Origin: Schmidtea polychroa
Taxonomy: Eukaryota
Assembly: GCA_044892525.1 (NCBI GenBank)
Contig: CM097885.1
Span: 8,992,001-9,056,000, forward strand
Length of the DNA stretch: 64,000 bases
Reading direction: 5' to 3'
Under the pieces are notes generated by a model that did not search any database, was not told where the DNA came from, and saw only the letters and a program-made list of their open reading frames with translations. Every line of letters begins with the position of its first letter. Within the stretch, counting starts at the first letter, position 1. Of this stretch, positions 36,838 to 51,623 are shown piece after piece. The position numbers were made by a program, and so were the translations under genes.

Positions 36838-39800
36838 TTAGGTAGAAGTGAGCCCACGATAACTCATCGTTAAGGTCAACTTAAGGTCATAGAAAATTTT
36901 GAGGTCAACTTAAGGTCAAATTTTAAGGTCAATGTCATTTTCAATAAAAATTTATTTAAAACTTGATGTGTTTTTACTTGCCGATTTCTTCCAACAATTT
37001 CGAGCAAGATCAAAAGCACATAATGGACTCGAGCCACTCAATTTTTTTGGAATCCCTGGAATGTCTTGGGCATCTGCGCTCATGACCTTAGAAGAACCAG
37101 TGGAATTACTGATGGACATGGAGATGTATAATTTCTTCGAGGATGGGATCCGTGGTGGTCTCACATTTGTAAATAAACACTTCGCAGTAACAGATGATGA
37201 AACAGAGTTGCTTTATATCGATATAAACAACCTGTATGGGTGGGCGTTAAGCCAATACTTGCCATGTAGCGATTTTGAGTGGATATATAATGAAGTGGAA
37301 TTATTATCCATTTTAGTTGACTGTATTAGTTCCAAACTAGAAAATTTAACTTATGGATACACATTGGAAGTTGATTTAGTCATCCCGTCAAATATCCACG
37401 ACCTATTAGACGATTTCCCAGTCGTAGCAGAGAAAATGTGTCCACCAGATTCAAATGTACCAAAATTATTATTAACCCATCATGCGAAAACTAATTATGT
37501 TATTCATTGGAGACTTTTGAAATTATATATGGCCCTTGGAGTGGAAGTCACCAATATACATCGGGCAATAAAATTTACACAAAAGCCGATATTGAAGGAT
37601 TATATCAACACAAATACCCAACTTCGAGCTGAATCACAAAATAGTTTAGATAGAGATTTTTATAAACTTTTAAATAATAGTGTTTACGGCAAGACAGTGG
37701 AGAATCTGAAGAAAAGAATAAATCTGAGATTGTGCAACAATGCCGAAAAATTGGTTAAATACACTTCAAAGCCAACATTTAGACGTTCAATTAAAATTGC
37801 TGATGATTTGATTGCCCTTTTGCTGAATAAAGATGTAGTTTGTTTAGATAGGCCTAGCTACATTGGTCAAACAGTGCTAGACTTATCTAAACTTAGAATG
37901 TATGAACTACAATATATTGAACTGTCAAAATATCGAGCACAGTTCAATTGCCAAATAAATATCATAGCCGGGGATACAGACTCATTCTTCCTCGAATGTA
38001 AATATGTCAAATTGCGATCACAATTACTTCCTGCAATGATTGCTGACGGATTGTTAGACAGCAGCAACTACGATCCTACAGATCCATTATATTCACGAAA
38101 TTTGGATTCTGTAATTGGGAAATTCAAGGACGAAAACAAAGGCAAATCATATGAAGAATGGGTATTCCTCAGACCCAAATGCTATAGTTTGCTAACTAGT
38201 GATAATGATACTATAAATAAAGCCAAAGGTGTATCATTAAAGGGAACAGAAATCACACATCAATCGTATGTGGATTGTTATCTTGGAATGCATATACCGA
38301 AGGTGAATCAATCCCGGTTTGGTACACGAAACCATCAATTATTTACATTTAGAACTAAGAAGGTAGCCCTTACAAATAACGATGATAAAAGGGTTTGGGT
38401 TGAAGAGAACAAGAGCTTCGCATATGGGCATTATAATATTTTAGATAATGAATTAAATAATATTTTGCCTCTTGATGAATCATCTGCAGACGAATGATAA
38501 TGATTAATGGTAATGATTTATCCGTTTTATTTTTAAAAATATTTTTATTTTTATTTTAGTTTCTGTACAGTTTCTCCAGTTTTGACACAGTTTCTGAACA
38601 GTTTTGAAAACAGATGAGAACGAACCACCAATATAATGATTCATTTGTAACTTTTGTAATGGCACTTGTTGTATACATGAGCTTGCAATTGGTAAATACA
38701 TGGGATTATCGATATTTATATTGACAACTTCATCGTGTTCATATTTTCCAATCCATACCGATTTCAATAGAGGAACACTGGAATCACCAACAATTATGGG
38801 CTCAATAATATTAGTATATATGAACATTTGTTGATGATGTTCAAGTATTCTTGGTTTACGTATACCATCAGCTTTTCCTCGATATTTTTGCTTCTCTAAT
38901 CCAAGTGTATTTGTCAAATTTTTATCAAATGTAACTTCGCAAATTTCATCATTCAAACTGAAAGTAAACAACAAATCTTTCACAATGTCCAAACTTTTAA
39001 ATATGTGTGAACAATTGTACTTTAAATATTTAAGTAACACATCAAGTTTATCAATATATAATTCGTCAGCAAAGGTGAATGATTTCTCAACTTCATTATT
39101 ATACGACACTGATATTTTGATTTCTTCTTTCATTAAACTGTTTGCTTCAAATAGATCAAAACGTAATAAATATTCTGTTTCCATAACATCATTTTTCAAC
39201 TTATTGCAACCCATTCGTTTGGCATCTTCAATAGTTTCGAATGTTATTGTAAATGGTTTAAAATCACAACTGATATTTAATCCATCCTTGTAAAATATAT
39301 AGCAATGCTGATCTAATATTTGATTCGGAATATGATATGTTTTATCATAATTACTGATGACAAAGATACCGCTACATGTTTTCAGAACATTCTTTTTGAA
39401 ATCAATCTTACATTGACTATAAAATGGGAATGTGTTGTACACGAATGTAAAATCTTGCAGTGCAACTTCCCAGTCACCATTTAAAGAAATCGGATTCTGG
39501 AGATTGACCATGAATTTGCTGGCTTGATTGTCCGGATGAATTAATGGGCAGCTATTGCTTGGTAAAATAGTATAGAAATTCACTTTACTAGGTCCTTTTC
39601 TGATATCCATGATGGGTTTTGATATCCATGCCATTTGACATAGTATTGTTTATCCTTGCCGACCTTTTTAGTTTTCAATATTTTTTGAATTCTAAATACT
39701 TTTGGAGGAGGAATAACTTGTAATTCTTGCTCATAAAATTTTCCTTGTACAACATTATTATCATTGTCTTTAATGACATACATTACTTGACTCTGGCTAG

Positions 39801-40216
39801 TATTTATTTTCAAAATTACAAAGACTTCATCACTCCAATTTGTATCGAAATTTTTTATAAATGGTGATGCACTAATTTTACTAATTCTAACATGGTCACC
39901 TACTTTATATTTAGGTTTTGCAATTTTTACATGTTTTTTAGAATAGAATGTTTTTGAAGTGATATCAATCGGTCTTAATCCATTCAGTCCTCGATGTGAT
40001 GAATGATTATAACTGGTTATTATTTTTGGTAAAACATTTACCCATTTTTTATTACCTTGATGCACAAATAATTTCTTTAATCTATCTCTCAAAGTTCGGT
40101 TAAATCTTTCAACATAAGCTGCTTTGTATTGAGAATATACTGTGTAATGGTTTATTTTCAGTTTATTGAGGATTTGCTTGACTTTACTGTTGTAGAATTC
40201 TTTACCTAAAAAAAAT

Positions 40217-40272
<56 letters not shown>

Positions 40273-41890
40273 CTAAATCTGTTTGCAAGTTATTAGGATG
40301 TCCTTTTTTAAATAAATTATTAATAGCTTTGGACATTTCATCTGCAGATTTTGCCTTGACTGGAATCGCTCGGGCAAACCGACTGAATACATCAATACAT
40401 GTTAAAATATATTTATAACCATTGTTAATTTTTGAATATGGTATCATCTCCATCAAATCCATTTGCCATAAATCGTTTATTCCAAATGTTTTATATGTTC
40501 TTGTTGGGAATCGTTTCTGCATTGGTTTGTTCAAACTGTACGCAAGCTGGTCTGATAACCACTTCTGGGTTTCCTTTTTCGAATTTGGAACTCTTTTCTT
40601 TAATTTTGCGACTCCACCGAAACCCGCTTCGTCTTCTGGGTTTGTCCAAATCTTCTCCATTACAACAAGAAGATTTAATATTAAATTTAATGTCAGGTAA
40701 TGAAGGATTAGCTCCCATTGTTTATGACTGTGTTACTCCACCTAATAATGATAATGCCAAAGGTATCAATGCACCAATAAATCCGCCTTGTTGTTTATAT
40801 ATAATTTTTCTCATTTGTTTACGATTTTTATTATTTACTAATGATAACAAAGGTTTCCTATGTTTACTCAATATATGCTTTTTGGATTTACTGATTTTAA
40901 TCTTGCCTTTGACTACTTTAAGTATAATATCCAGTAAATCATCGACAACAAAATTTGGAAATGATTGCAAAATATTCATTCTTTTTATACTCGGTGCCTT
41001 TAACAATGTATTAAAAAACGGGAAACTCCGATGATTTTTAACAACTTTTAATTTCTTACTGGTTTTACGGTTAGGTTTAGGTTTAGGATTTTTCGAAATA
41101 AGATTTTTTGCAGGAAAATTTTCAGTAACAAGTTCTTTAGATGGAGTATAACTAGTGGTTGGTGGAATTTTTGGTTCTTTCTTCCTTGTTATCCTTGTTT
41201 TTGAAAACATGTTTTATATGTTTCAACTTTGTTTTGAATTTTGTTTATAAACCATGGCACCTTTTGGGTTGAAAATATCAGTTTTTACCCGTAAATCATC
41301 AGGACATTGTTGTGTGAAATCAAGAAATATATATCCATGCGGTATTTTAGTAGCATCTTGAAATGCACTGATAAGAAAATTACGGTTATTAGGGTATGCT
41401 TGTCGTCCAAGAAAATCAATGACAGTTGCATCTCTAGGATTCTTGAAAATAACTAAATATTGTACATTTAAATTACGTGTACGATGTGCACCACCTTGAT
41501 GAAATAGATTTTGTGTTATGAAAATAACTGTTACACCGACATGTCTGCTGATTTTTGTGAATAAATTATTAAAATCTTTTTCTTTATTGGCTTCTTGGTA
41601 TAAATCATCGATAATGATGACATCACCTTAAAATTTGGAAAAATTAGACTTTGGCATCAGAAGTTGACCTTAAAATAGCCTAAAATCGACTTTGACCTCA
41701 AGATTTGACCTTAAAATGGCCTAAAATCGACTTTGACCTCAGAATTTGACATTAAAATGGCTTAAATTGACCTTAAACTGTCCTGAAAATGACATTGACC
41801 TTAAAATTTGACCTTAAGTTGACCTCAAAATTTTCTATGACCTTAAGTTGACCTTAACGATGAGTCATCGTGGGCTCACTTCTACCTACT
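36838..41890. mobile_element. ~5-kb TIR-bounded deletion derivative of the same Polinton: 5'-truncated polB 36948-38497 (+), penton 38672-39634 (-, C-terminus deleted), integrase 39580-40660 (-, 67-nt intron 40272-40206), basic protein 40722-41210 (-), ATPase fragment 41223-41628 (-)
   Basis: Near-identical to 28145-29870 and 31092-34048; ends are inverted copies of the GTAGAAGTGAGCCCACG block. Confidence 0.85.
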
Positions 41891-42662
41891 TAGGTAATTG
41901 GTTTCTGGGTAGTTCACAAGTTTGACCAAACAGACAATGACGTGATTTACTTCTTGTTTTGCGAAATTGCTTATTTCTCTGTCCCTTCATAACTGCTCTT
42001 CTGTACTCAGCTCTGGCAAAATAAAAGTGAATCATCAAGTTAACTTTTTTAATTAGGTCCAGCAAACACTTGACATCCAATCGAAACAAATTAAATTATC
42101 TGAGTTTAGACTGACTAGTAGTATCCATGTGGATTATGTGTTGACTGTAGTGTGTGTGTGTTAGTATTGTTCAGAAGAAATTGTCTTTGTGAGTGCTTGT
42201 GTGAAGGTGCTTCCGTGAATTAACCTCTCTATACATGCACGCTTGTGAATAGAGCATGTCAAAAATGGTCTTTCTGCAAGCGTGTGACTGCTTGCAGGAT
42301 GAATTTACAATGGCACGTGTGCGAGCATTTTTACTGGGATAGTACTAATACATACAAACAAAAGTTGGGACCTGTAAACCCTTTTAAACAGCAGTCTTTT
42401 GCAGGGATATTTCATTTTCTAGCATAAGCACAACTTTTTAGGCATGTTTGGAGAAAAAAAAAATTTCGACCCACCCTAGTGAGCATGCAGCTATATCAGT
42501 ATATTTTTATATAGTCTGCAGTGAGCATGCAGCTATATTTTTATATAGTCTGCAGTGAGCATGCAGCTATATAAGTATATTTTTATATAGTCTGCAGTGA
42601 GCATGCAGCTATATAAGTATATTTCATATAGTGTGCAGTGAGCATGCAGCTATATCAATCAC

Positions 42663-42825
<163 letters not shown>

Positions 42826-42974
42826 CTTTAAACAGCTTGCAAGGTTACTAGTCATGCTTATTATACATTTGATGGTTACAATTTCTACATTTTGAAAACT
42901 ATATTTTGATTGGCTATCACAATTTTATAAATGTAAGAACAAAAGTAATTTAGTTATTAAGAAATTTATTACTA

Positions 42975-43613
42975 ATGATTTCTATAAATAAAACTGATGA
43001 ATGTGTAACACATTTGGTAACTTTATTATTTTGTCAATATTTTTTTTATATATACCATTTATAGCAAGGAAGTCCTACTAGAAATAAGGAAAAATTATGT
43101 CCAACCTATTCCGAAATTTCATTGAAATTTTTTAACAACACAGTTGAAGATTTTATAAATAATCATGATACTTACAGTGATAAGCAACTCATAAATATTT
43201 TAAAGATTTTCAAACATTCCTCTATTGAATATTTGTTTGATTTATTTAATTATGAGAAATCCATTTTAAAGTTATCTTGTTATTTAATGTACTTAGAAAA
43301 AATAGCAGTAAACAATGATTCACTGAATGAATACTTTTGGAGTTGTATGTATTTAAGGTTGAAACCTGGATATAGTAGATTGATTTATGATTGGATAGCA
43401 AAAACCGATTTGATTGAAAATAAGCTAACGAAAAAACTGAACGAGGTTAAGAAAAGGTATTTAACTTGTTCAATTTGTAAAGAAAATCGAGTTTCGGTTT
43501 TGTATTTACCACGTGGTCATGTAATTGTTTGTTCTAAGTGTCACGAGAAGAATGTTCGCAAGTGTCAAGCCTGTTCAACATTGATTAATGAATATCATAC
43601 TATATATATTTAG
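42975..43613 (+). CDS. RING-finger protein, copy 5 (Cys>Arg in RING: LPRGH)
   Basis: ORF track 43122-43613; within a duplicate (41785-~44280) of the 19075-24815 block carrying one RING unit. Confidence 0.8.
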
Positions 43614-43775
43614 TTTACCTTTGTTAATTTTACATTATTTTATTGTTTAAATAAATGTATGTTTTGTTGATTTGTTGATTTGTTGAGCGTGACCAGTACC
43701 CTTGTGAGCATTACCCATAGGGGGACAAAATATTTTGTCGGATAGACTCGGAGTATATAGACTCGGTGTATATAG

Positions 43776-43875
<100 letters not shown>

Positions 43876-44061
43876 TCTTTAGATATAGTAATCCTAATAA
43901 CACGATATATGGCTCATTCGAAAGGCCTTGGATTGAGCTTTAAAATGAGCTATCGATTATTAATTTTCGTTGACGGGAACTTTGAAAAAAAAAATTTAAA
44001 ATAAAATAATAATATTTTTTAAAAATAATAATAAAAATAATAATATTTTTAAAAATAATAA

Positions 44062-44710
44062 TATGACCTTGATGACTCATCGCGATGACTCATATGACCT
44101 TGAGAATGACCTTGGATGAGTCATGCGACCTTGAAAATGACCTTGATGAGTCATATGACCTTGAGAATGACATTGAATGAGTCATATGACCTTGAGAATG
44201 ACCTTGAATGAGTCATATGACATTGAGAATGACCTTGAATGAGTCATATGACCTTGAGAATGACCTTGAATGAGCCATGGTCTTTGTTTAAATGACCTTG
44301 AAAATTTTTATGACTCATCGGATGAGTCATATGACCTTGAAAATGACATTGATGAGTCATAGTATGAGTCACATGACCTTGAAAATGATCTTGATGAGTC
44401 ATGGGCTTTGTTTAAATGACCCCGAGAAAATTTTTTGACCTTGATGAGTCATATTATGAGTCATATGACCTTGAAAATGATCTTGATGAGTCATGGTCTT
44501 TGTTTAAATGACCTTGAGAATTTTGATGAGTCATAGGATGAGTCATGGTCTTTGTTTCAATGACCTTGATAAGTCATATGTCTTTGTTTAAATTTGACCT
44601 TGAAAAAAATGTACTTTTAGACTTAGAATATTTTTGAAAATCTTACCGACGGGGGAGGGGGGGTACTGTGCTAGCGGTGCCCTGTGCCAGCGGTGCCCAA
44701 TCCATCTACT
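44062..44710. repeat. Subterminal TGACCTTGA/TGAGTCA array followed by a GC-rich candidate terminus ending ...CCATCTACT
   Basis: Array is visible directly; the end reads AGTAGATGG on the minus strand and sequence character changes after 44710. Confidence 0.55.
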
Positions 44711-46367
44711 GCTATATAGTAAGAGCTCACTAAAAGATCAAAAATAAAGTTTTTCTACAAATATTTCGCCCATCAAATACTAAATAGAAATGATATATAT
44801 TGATTGATTATAATTCTTCAGCTATTCAGCCAATCATTTTCAAGCAAAAATAGCAAACTAAATCACAAATTTCAGTACAATAATTTTCAAGTAAATTTAA
44901 ATTCCTTGATAAAGTTAACTGGTTTCTTAGCTTATGTTTTTTAAAAGTTCATCAATGTGTAAATGGAAAAAATATTCTTCGAAAATTATTGAAAAGATTA
45001 TTTAGTCAAATATCATTATAAAGTCATCAAAAAGTAAACCTATCACTTGATTATTAACCTAACAGTCATTAAAAATTAATTTTTATATAAAATTAAAATA
45101 CAAGTCAAAAGGATTTAGCAAATTATCAAGAAAATCCATTAAAATCACCATTAAAAATTTAATTTTTAATCAATCAACATGAAATTCATAAAACTATTAA
45201 GTCAAATTCAATATCATTACAAAGTCATAATCAAATTAAATACTTATCTTTAAATTCTAATCTTTAAAGACAGAGATATTTCAAGGAAATTTGATGTTTT
45301 TAGATGATTTTATTAGAGAATTCTGTTGGATACAACAAATGGTAAAATATTGTCATTTAAATGAATTTACTGGTTTAGTAGATGTTATCAATAGTGGGCT
45401 TAAATCAATCTCTTTTGTTATTTGTTTCTAAGATATTGTTGACTTTGATAATTTTTAATGAATTTATGCTGAATATTTGGAATATTTTGAGCAATCAGTC
45501 AATAAATTTGAGTATATATATTTTATTATTAAAAATATTAATATAAGGTATCTGGTTGTGAGTATCTAGTTGTAGGTATCTGGATGTAAATACGTGTTCG
45601 TAAGTTACTGGTTGATGATAATAAGTTTTTAGTATCTTGTACTTGGTAGTTGGTAGCTGATTGTTGGTTTGTTGTTGAATTAATATTATCAAACATAATT
45701 ATTTAAATTTGTCTTTGAAAAATATATCATTAAAATTTTCATTAAAAATTATCTTAAAAAATTATTCCATAAAAATTTTCATTAATATTTATTTAAAAAA
45801 TTATTTCATAAAAATTCTATTACAAATTGACTTAAAAAAGTCATAATCAACAAAATTTATCCTATCACTTGATTATTATACAAACCTATCTGTCATTAAA
45901 AATATATTTTTTATTTAAAATTTTAAAACAAGTCAATAAAAACACAGCAAATTATCAAAAAATTAATTAAATTTACCTTAAAATTAACAATAAATTTTTA
46001 AATATTCTTTCAATCAACATGAAATTCACGAAAATGATAGAAATTCACAAAAATGATAGAAATTCACAAAAATGATAGAAATTTACAAAAATGATAGATA
46101 TATACATGAATATTTACTAAAACCATCAATTCTAGAAAACTACTAATGAATGCCTTCAACAACAAATTTACCTAAATAAACATTCAAATAAAGTATTAAA
46201 ACCAAATACTGGTCGAAACAATTATTATTATTATTATTATCATTATTATTTTCAAAGTATCATTTTCAAAATATTTTTTCTTTATTATTATTATTATTAT
46301 TGAATAAATAGTTAAACATCCATGGCAATGATTTAATTATAAGATAACGCCAATCAAACATTCTTTT

Positions 46368-46406
46368 CACGATTAATTTCGACAGTTTTCCTGTCATCAT
46401 CAGGTG
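46368..46406 (-). ncRNA. Minimal type-I hammerhead ribozyme motif (Penelope-like-element type)
   Basis: Minus strand CAC-CTGATGA-T-GACAG-GAAAA-CTGTC-GAAA-TTAA-TC-GTG: complete core, 5-bp stem II, palindromic short stem III, 3-bp stem I. Confidence 0.7.
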
Positions 46407-48229
46407 GGATATAATAACTCATTAAATTAAGGATTTTAAACAAATTTAGTTATATACAAAAAATTTTATTCATTTTATAAAAAAATATATTTTTTTTTGA
46501 AAATTTTAACATTTAAAATTTAATTTAATAATTTGAAAATATTTTATTTATTATTTAATTTAACACAAAAATCAATACATACAATACACAAAGGTTTATT
46601 TAAAAACACCCAACACACAAGTATTTACTGCATTCTGCACATTAATTTTCGGATTCAATGATTTTATCAACAACAATAAATAAAAATTTTAAACGATGAG
46701 TCATCGATGAGTCTTTGTCTATATGTCTTTGTTTAAATGTAATTGTTTAAATATTTGTTTACACGTCTTTGTTTAAATGTAATTGTTTAAATATTTGTTT
46801 ACACGTCTTTGTTTAAATGTCTTTGTTCAAATATTTGTTTACGTGTCTTTGTTTAAATATTTGTTTACATGTCTTTGTTTAAATGTCTTTATTAAAAATA
46901 ATGAGTCACATGTACTTTAATGATGAGTAATCGTCTTTGTTTAAAATGTTGAGTCATATGTATTTTAACGACCTTGATGGCGGCTTCTTGATGATCGGAA
47001 CTGCCGCAGGAGTTCCTGAGATAGATGATGCGATAGCAGTGAACCGTCCGTGTGTATCCCGGCACGAAAATCGATAATATTCTGTATCTGCTTTCGGATT
47101 GTGATCTAGAGATCACAAGTGATCCCTTGAACCTAGACTAGACACTTCTCGATTGTGTGGAATTTTTTATATAACTTGTGAACATCGTAACCATGTTGCT
47201 AATAGCCTTCTACACTTCCTGACCAAAATCCCGACTTTTTTGGATTGAAGGGCCACCTCCGATATGTAAGGCATTACGTCATGGCCAAATTTCGCCATTT
47301 GATACATGCTATAACTGCTTTTTTTTTAAATAAGCTTAAAGCGCTATTGAAGTTTTCCAACTTACCACCAGTAGATATGACTTCATCCGAGTATCTGCTT
47401 ATTACTTTTCTTTCTCTTCCTTGTTTATTTATTTCTCGCATCTTTTTGCTATTTTTCTTTCAGTGAATTGAATTTGAATTCTTCGCATTTTCCTTCATGT
47501 TTCTTCGTTTCAAATAAACTAATGGTAAAATATTTTTAATTTTTACTTTTTTATTTTCAAATTATTTTAGACTTCGAAATATTTTTAATTTGCATTTTCT
47601 AATTAAAATATATTCAATTAAAATATTGATTTAAATAATTTTTGAAAAATAAGCTGTTTTTAAATTATGATTTGAATACATTGTTGGTATCTAGTTGCTA
47701 GTTGTTGGTATCCAATTGTTAACTGATCCTTAGTATCTAGTTAATGGGTAGGTTGGGAGGGGTTGAGTGTGACCAATACCCTTACGACCAATACCCATAG
47801 GGGACAAAACATCCTGTCGGATAAAATCAGACTATATATAATAAATCGAATTAACAATGACTACTTATTGAATAAGCATGAAATTTTTACTTTGCAATAA
47901 TAAATCAGTACGTATGTTAGTAATCAATTAAAAGTTAAGCAGATCTTTTGTGAATAAAAATTATAATTCTATAGTCTTTCGTTGTAATTTTAAAATATTT
48001 AAATTATTTTCAATTCCATGTGGTGTTTTAAAGTGGCTGAGTTGACAATTATTCATTTTTTTAACGAAAATCATCATTTTTGATAAATTTATACATTTTT
48101 CTTAGAAAGGTTTTTCTACTGTTTGTAATTCAAAATATTTATGAATTCTAACACAAATAAAAAATTTTATTTATTTGAAAAGTATTTGATAAAATACAAT
48201 GAAGAATATTTAGTTAGTTGAAAGTTTTA

Positions 48230-48745
48230 AGTATCTAGATGTTTGAGAGTTAGTACTTTGTATTTGGTATTTAGTTGGTTGCTTGTGAGGATATATTGTT
48301 GGTATCTAGTTGTTTGTTGGCTGTTGTAATCTAGTTGTAGGTTGGTATTTGTTAATTTCTCGATTGGATTTGTTGTTGGTTGTTAGTACTTGGTACATAG
48401 TTGTTGGTAAATGGTTTTAAGTACATGGTAGTAAGTATCCGGTTGTAAGTACTTAGTTGTATGTATTTGGTACTTATTTATTAGTACCTAGTTAAAAATT
48501 CTTAGCAGCTGATAGTTGGTACTTGGTGTTTGATTGTAAATAGTACCAAGATAGTATCTAGTGGAAAGCTGTTTGTTAGAAGTACATAGTTGTTAGTATT
48601 TGGTTGTAAGTATCTGGTGGGTTGTTAGTTCCTAGTGGTTGACACTAATCTGTTAGTATCTAGTTTTTTGTTGGTTGTTAGCACATGGTACTTGGTATCT
48701 AGTTTTAAGTACTTGGTTGTTGTTGGTATCTAGTTGTTGAATTAT
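48230..48745. repeat. Degenerate GT-rich satellite, inverse of the 59620-61340 array
   Basis: Repeated TTGGTATCTAGTTG / GTTAGTACTTGG. Confidence 0.8.
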
Positions 48746-48765
48746 TATTACTATTATTAGGATTC

Positions 48766-49200
48766 TCATCTATCTTCTCGACTCCAGCATGACACAATAG
48801 TCTATGTATTTCCTTTATGGTTTCTTGTATCTCGTTTTCAGGTATCATCGTTTTCTTTCGTAATTCTTCTTCCAAATTTATTTGTTGATTGGTGCTCCTA
48901 CCTTCTTCTCTGATCGAGTCTAGTAATCTAGTTTTTATCTTTCCTTTCTTAAATTCTTCGTGAGCCATTTGACATTGAACACACGTTTCACATTTAGTTC
49001 TGGACACCATGTCTGCATTTTGGTGATTAACACCCTTTCTATATTCAACGATTATATCCAAACTGCTCAAATAATTGATCCAGGTTTGGAATTGAGAAGT
49101 AATTGGCTTTTTGGTTGTCATCATAAACGTGATCGCCTTGTGATCTGTCCATAGCGTGAATCTTCTTCCGTAGAGATAGTGCTTAAAATGAATACAAAAA
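48766..49200 (-). mobile_element. Ty3/gypsy LTR-retrotransposon pol fragment (RNase H end to integrase Zn-binding start)
   Basis: HFKHYLYGRRFTLWTDHKAI..WINYLSSLDIIVEYRKG..HQNADMVSR...IKEIHRLLCHAGVEK. Confidence 0.85.
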
Positions 49201-50060
49201 AATTATTACTGCATTCTGCACATTAATTTTCGGATTCAATGATTTTATCAACAACAATAAATAAAAATTTTAAACGATGAGTCATCGATGAGTATTTGTC
49301 TATATTTATAATTATCATGAAAAAATTTGAAATATTTTAATAATTTCATAATGAAATATTTAATTGATTTTTTCATAATTATTGATTCGAAACTTATTCG
49401 AATAAGACAAAATATTTGCATTTTTAACATTTTCACGAATAATTATTTTATTTATTTATTCGTTTTACTACAAATTTTCATTATCCCGATTGACTTATTT
49501 TAATTATTTCATAAAATTCTTGATTCAAGATTTAGATTAAATCTTCTGAGTGAATTATATTCTAATATTTGGATCAGTGAAATATCCTTATCCAATTGTG
49601 GATCATTCCCAATATTTATAACCATAACGAAATCATTATTTCAAAGACCAAAACCCAAAAATTTCTGAATACATTAACAACCCGTTTAGTGTTTCCCAAT
49701 AATATTTTATGAAAAATGTTTATTTTTATATTTTGATCTATTTTTAATTTGTATTTTCCGTTTAAAAATGTTCTTTAAATTTCCATAAAAATTTTACTTT
49801 TTGTTATAAAAATTTAATTTAAATAATTTTATAAGATTTAAAATAAATGAATATTTAAAATAAACACTGAAAATTAACATTAATAAAATATCGAATTTCG
49901 CTCAATGCTAAAATAAAATATTTATAAATTGTTTGTTTATCTACATTAAAATACAAATTAAAAATATTGAAATTGTAAACGTCAGAGGAAATAATTAATA
50001 TAATAAGTAAGATTTATGAATGTTGTTAAATGTTAAAAATTTATAAATGTAATAGGAATA

Positions 50061-51152
50061 ATGAAGAGCAATAAATTTAAATTCGATAACAATCAGCCAA
50101 TCAGATGTCCATTTAATAAAATTGGATGCGAAATGAATGAAGTGGTGAATAACGAAATGAAAGTCCATCTCAATGAGAACATTGAAAGCCATAGCAAATT
50201 ATTGATTGATCAGATCAGTAATTTATGCAATGAGATGCAATCAATGAGAGATGAGAATATGCATTTGCCTAACGAAGTTATTGAATTGAAAGGAGAAATC
50301 ACGCAATTCAAACAACAATTTAATAATATCAATGTAAAATTTTATTTGTAATTAATTTTATTTGTATTTGTAATTGGAGATGAAATTGTGCAATATTGAA
50401 AGGGAAGAAGTGCACAACAGAGGGGAATTCGATAAATTGAATGAGGAAATGGTGGCAGTGAAGAATGACAATCACTCATTGAGAATGAAGATGGAGACAA
50501 ATATTGGATCAACCAATCAAGTTTGATTATTTATTTGATTTGTTATTGATTTGTTATTGATGCGAAGCAGATCAGACAGCAAGTTGGTGAGACGAAAAAG
50601 AAATGCGAGCAGCGTCTGCAACAGGAAAATGAAAAGGTTAATTATTGAATTATTATTGAAATATTTGAATTTTCGATTCAGTTGCAGCTTGAAATGACGA
50701 AATGCACAAATGAAAAAAATATAAATTATGGATTTTTTGAATGGAACATCGATAAATTATCACAACAAAAGAGAAGTCAATATATTTACAGCGAGTCATT
50801 TTATTCAGGGCTAGTTGGTTACAAAATGTGCTTGAGGATGATGATTAGGGTTTCTAAGGGTCATGGGGATGCAATTTGGGTTGGTTTCTGTTTGATGCGT
50901 GGGGAAAATGATAAGCAGTTGGATTGGCCGTTCAAACAATCTGTGACAATCGATGTGATCGATCCAGCAAATGGCAACATTTATAAGAGTCAGTCGACAA
51001 ATTATTCAGATCGCCCTCGTGATGCCGGATGGAAGAAACCGTCAAAGGACAGAAATGATTCAATTGGCATTTATCATTGTGATGTCTCAATCTATGAATT
51101 TGCAGCCAAAAATAATAAATTGCTGCTCAGATGCAGAATTGAAAAATTATGA
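50061..51152 (+). CDS. TRAF-like protein (TRAF zinc finger, coiled coil, MATH domain); exons 50061-50333, 50380-50520, 50571-50636, 50682-51152
   Basis: CPFNKIGC..H..H finger; MATH FEWNI..YSESFYSG..GYKMCL..LMRGEND..LDWPF; three phase-0 GT-AG introns of 46, 50 and 45 nt; AATAAA at ~51173. Confidence 0.88.
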
Positions 51153-51623
51153 GAAATTTAAAAAAGCATTTCAATAAAAATTGATTTATTTTGGCTTTTC
51201 ATCAGTTTTATTATTTTGGAAATATTTGTTAAAAAAACATTTTTAAAAAATCAGTTTATTGATGCATTTGGCCAATTATAAACTAATTGCAACATTAGTA
51301 TGCTGTGGATCAGTTGTAACCATATTCAATGTTGATTGGATGGTTTCGGGTTCGGGTTCGGTTTCAGTCTCTGGAAAATATAATTATTGAAAGAATTCTT
51401 TAGTAAAATTCAATATCATTATAAAGTCATCATCAAAATTAAGAGAAATATCCAATCACTTGATTATTGTAAAAACTGTAGACGGTTGGATGTTTAAATG
51501 GGTCAAAATATTTGGTGAGGGACTGGTGGAATCTTTTGAATATTTAAATGGGTGAAGTTTTATTGGAAATGTTTTATGATGAAATTACAATAGGGGAAAT
51601 AGTGAATCAATAATAGTTCCTGT

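Noticed and set aside
36932..36960. ATG giving a 521-aa PolB ORF
   Set aside because: The start comes from terminal-repeat sequence fused to mid-polB at a rearrangement junction; most of the exonuclease domain is missing
46975..47520. GC-richer patch with short ORFs
   Set aside because: No recognisable domain or consistent frame; left unassigned
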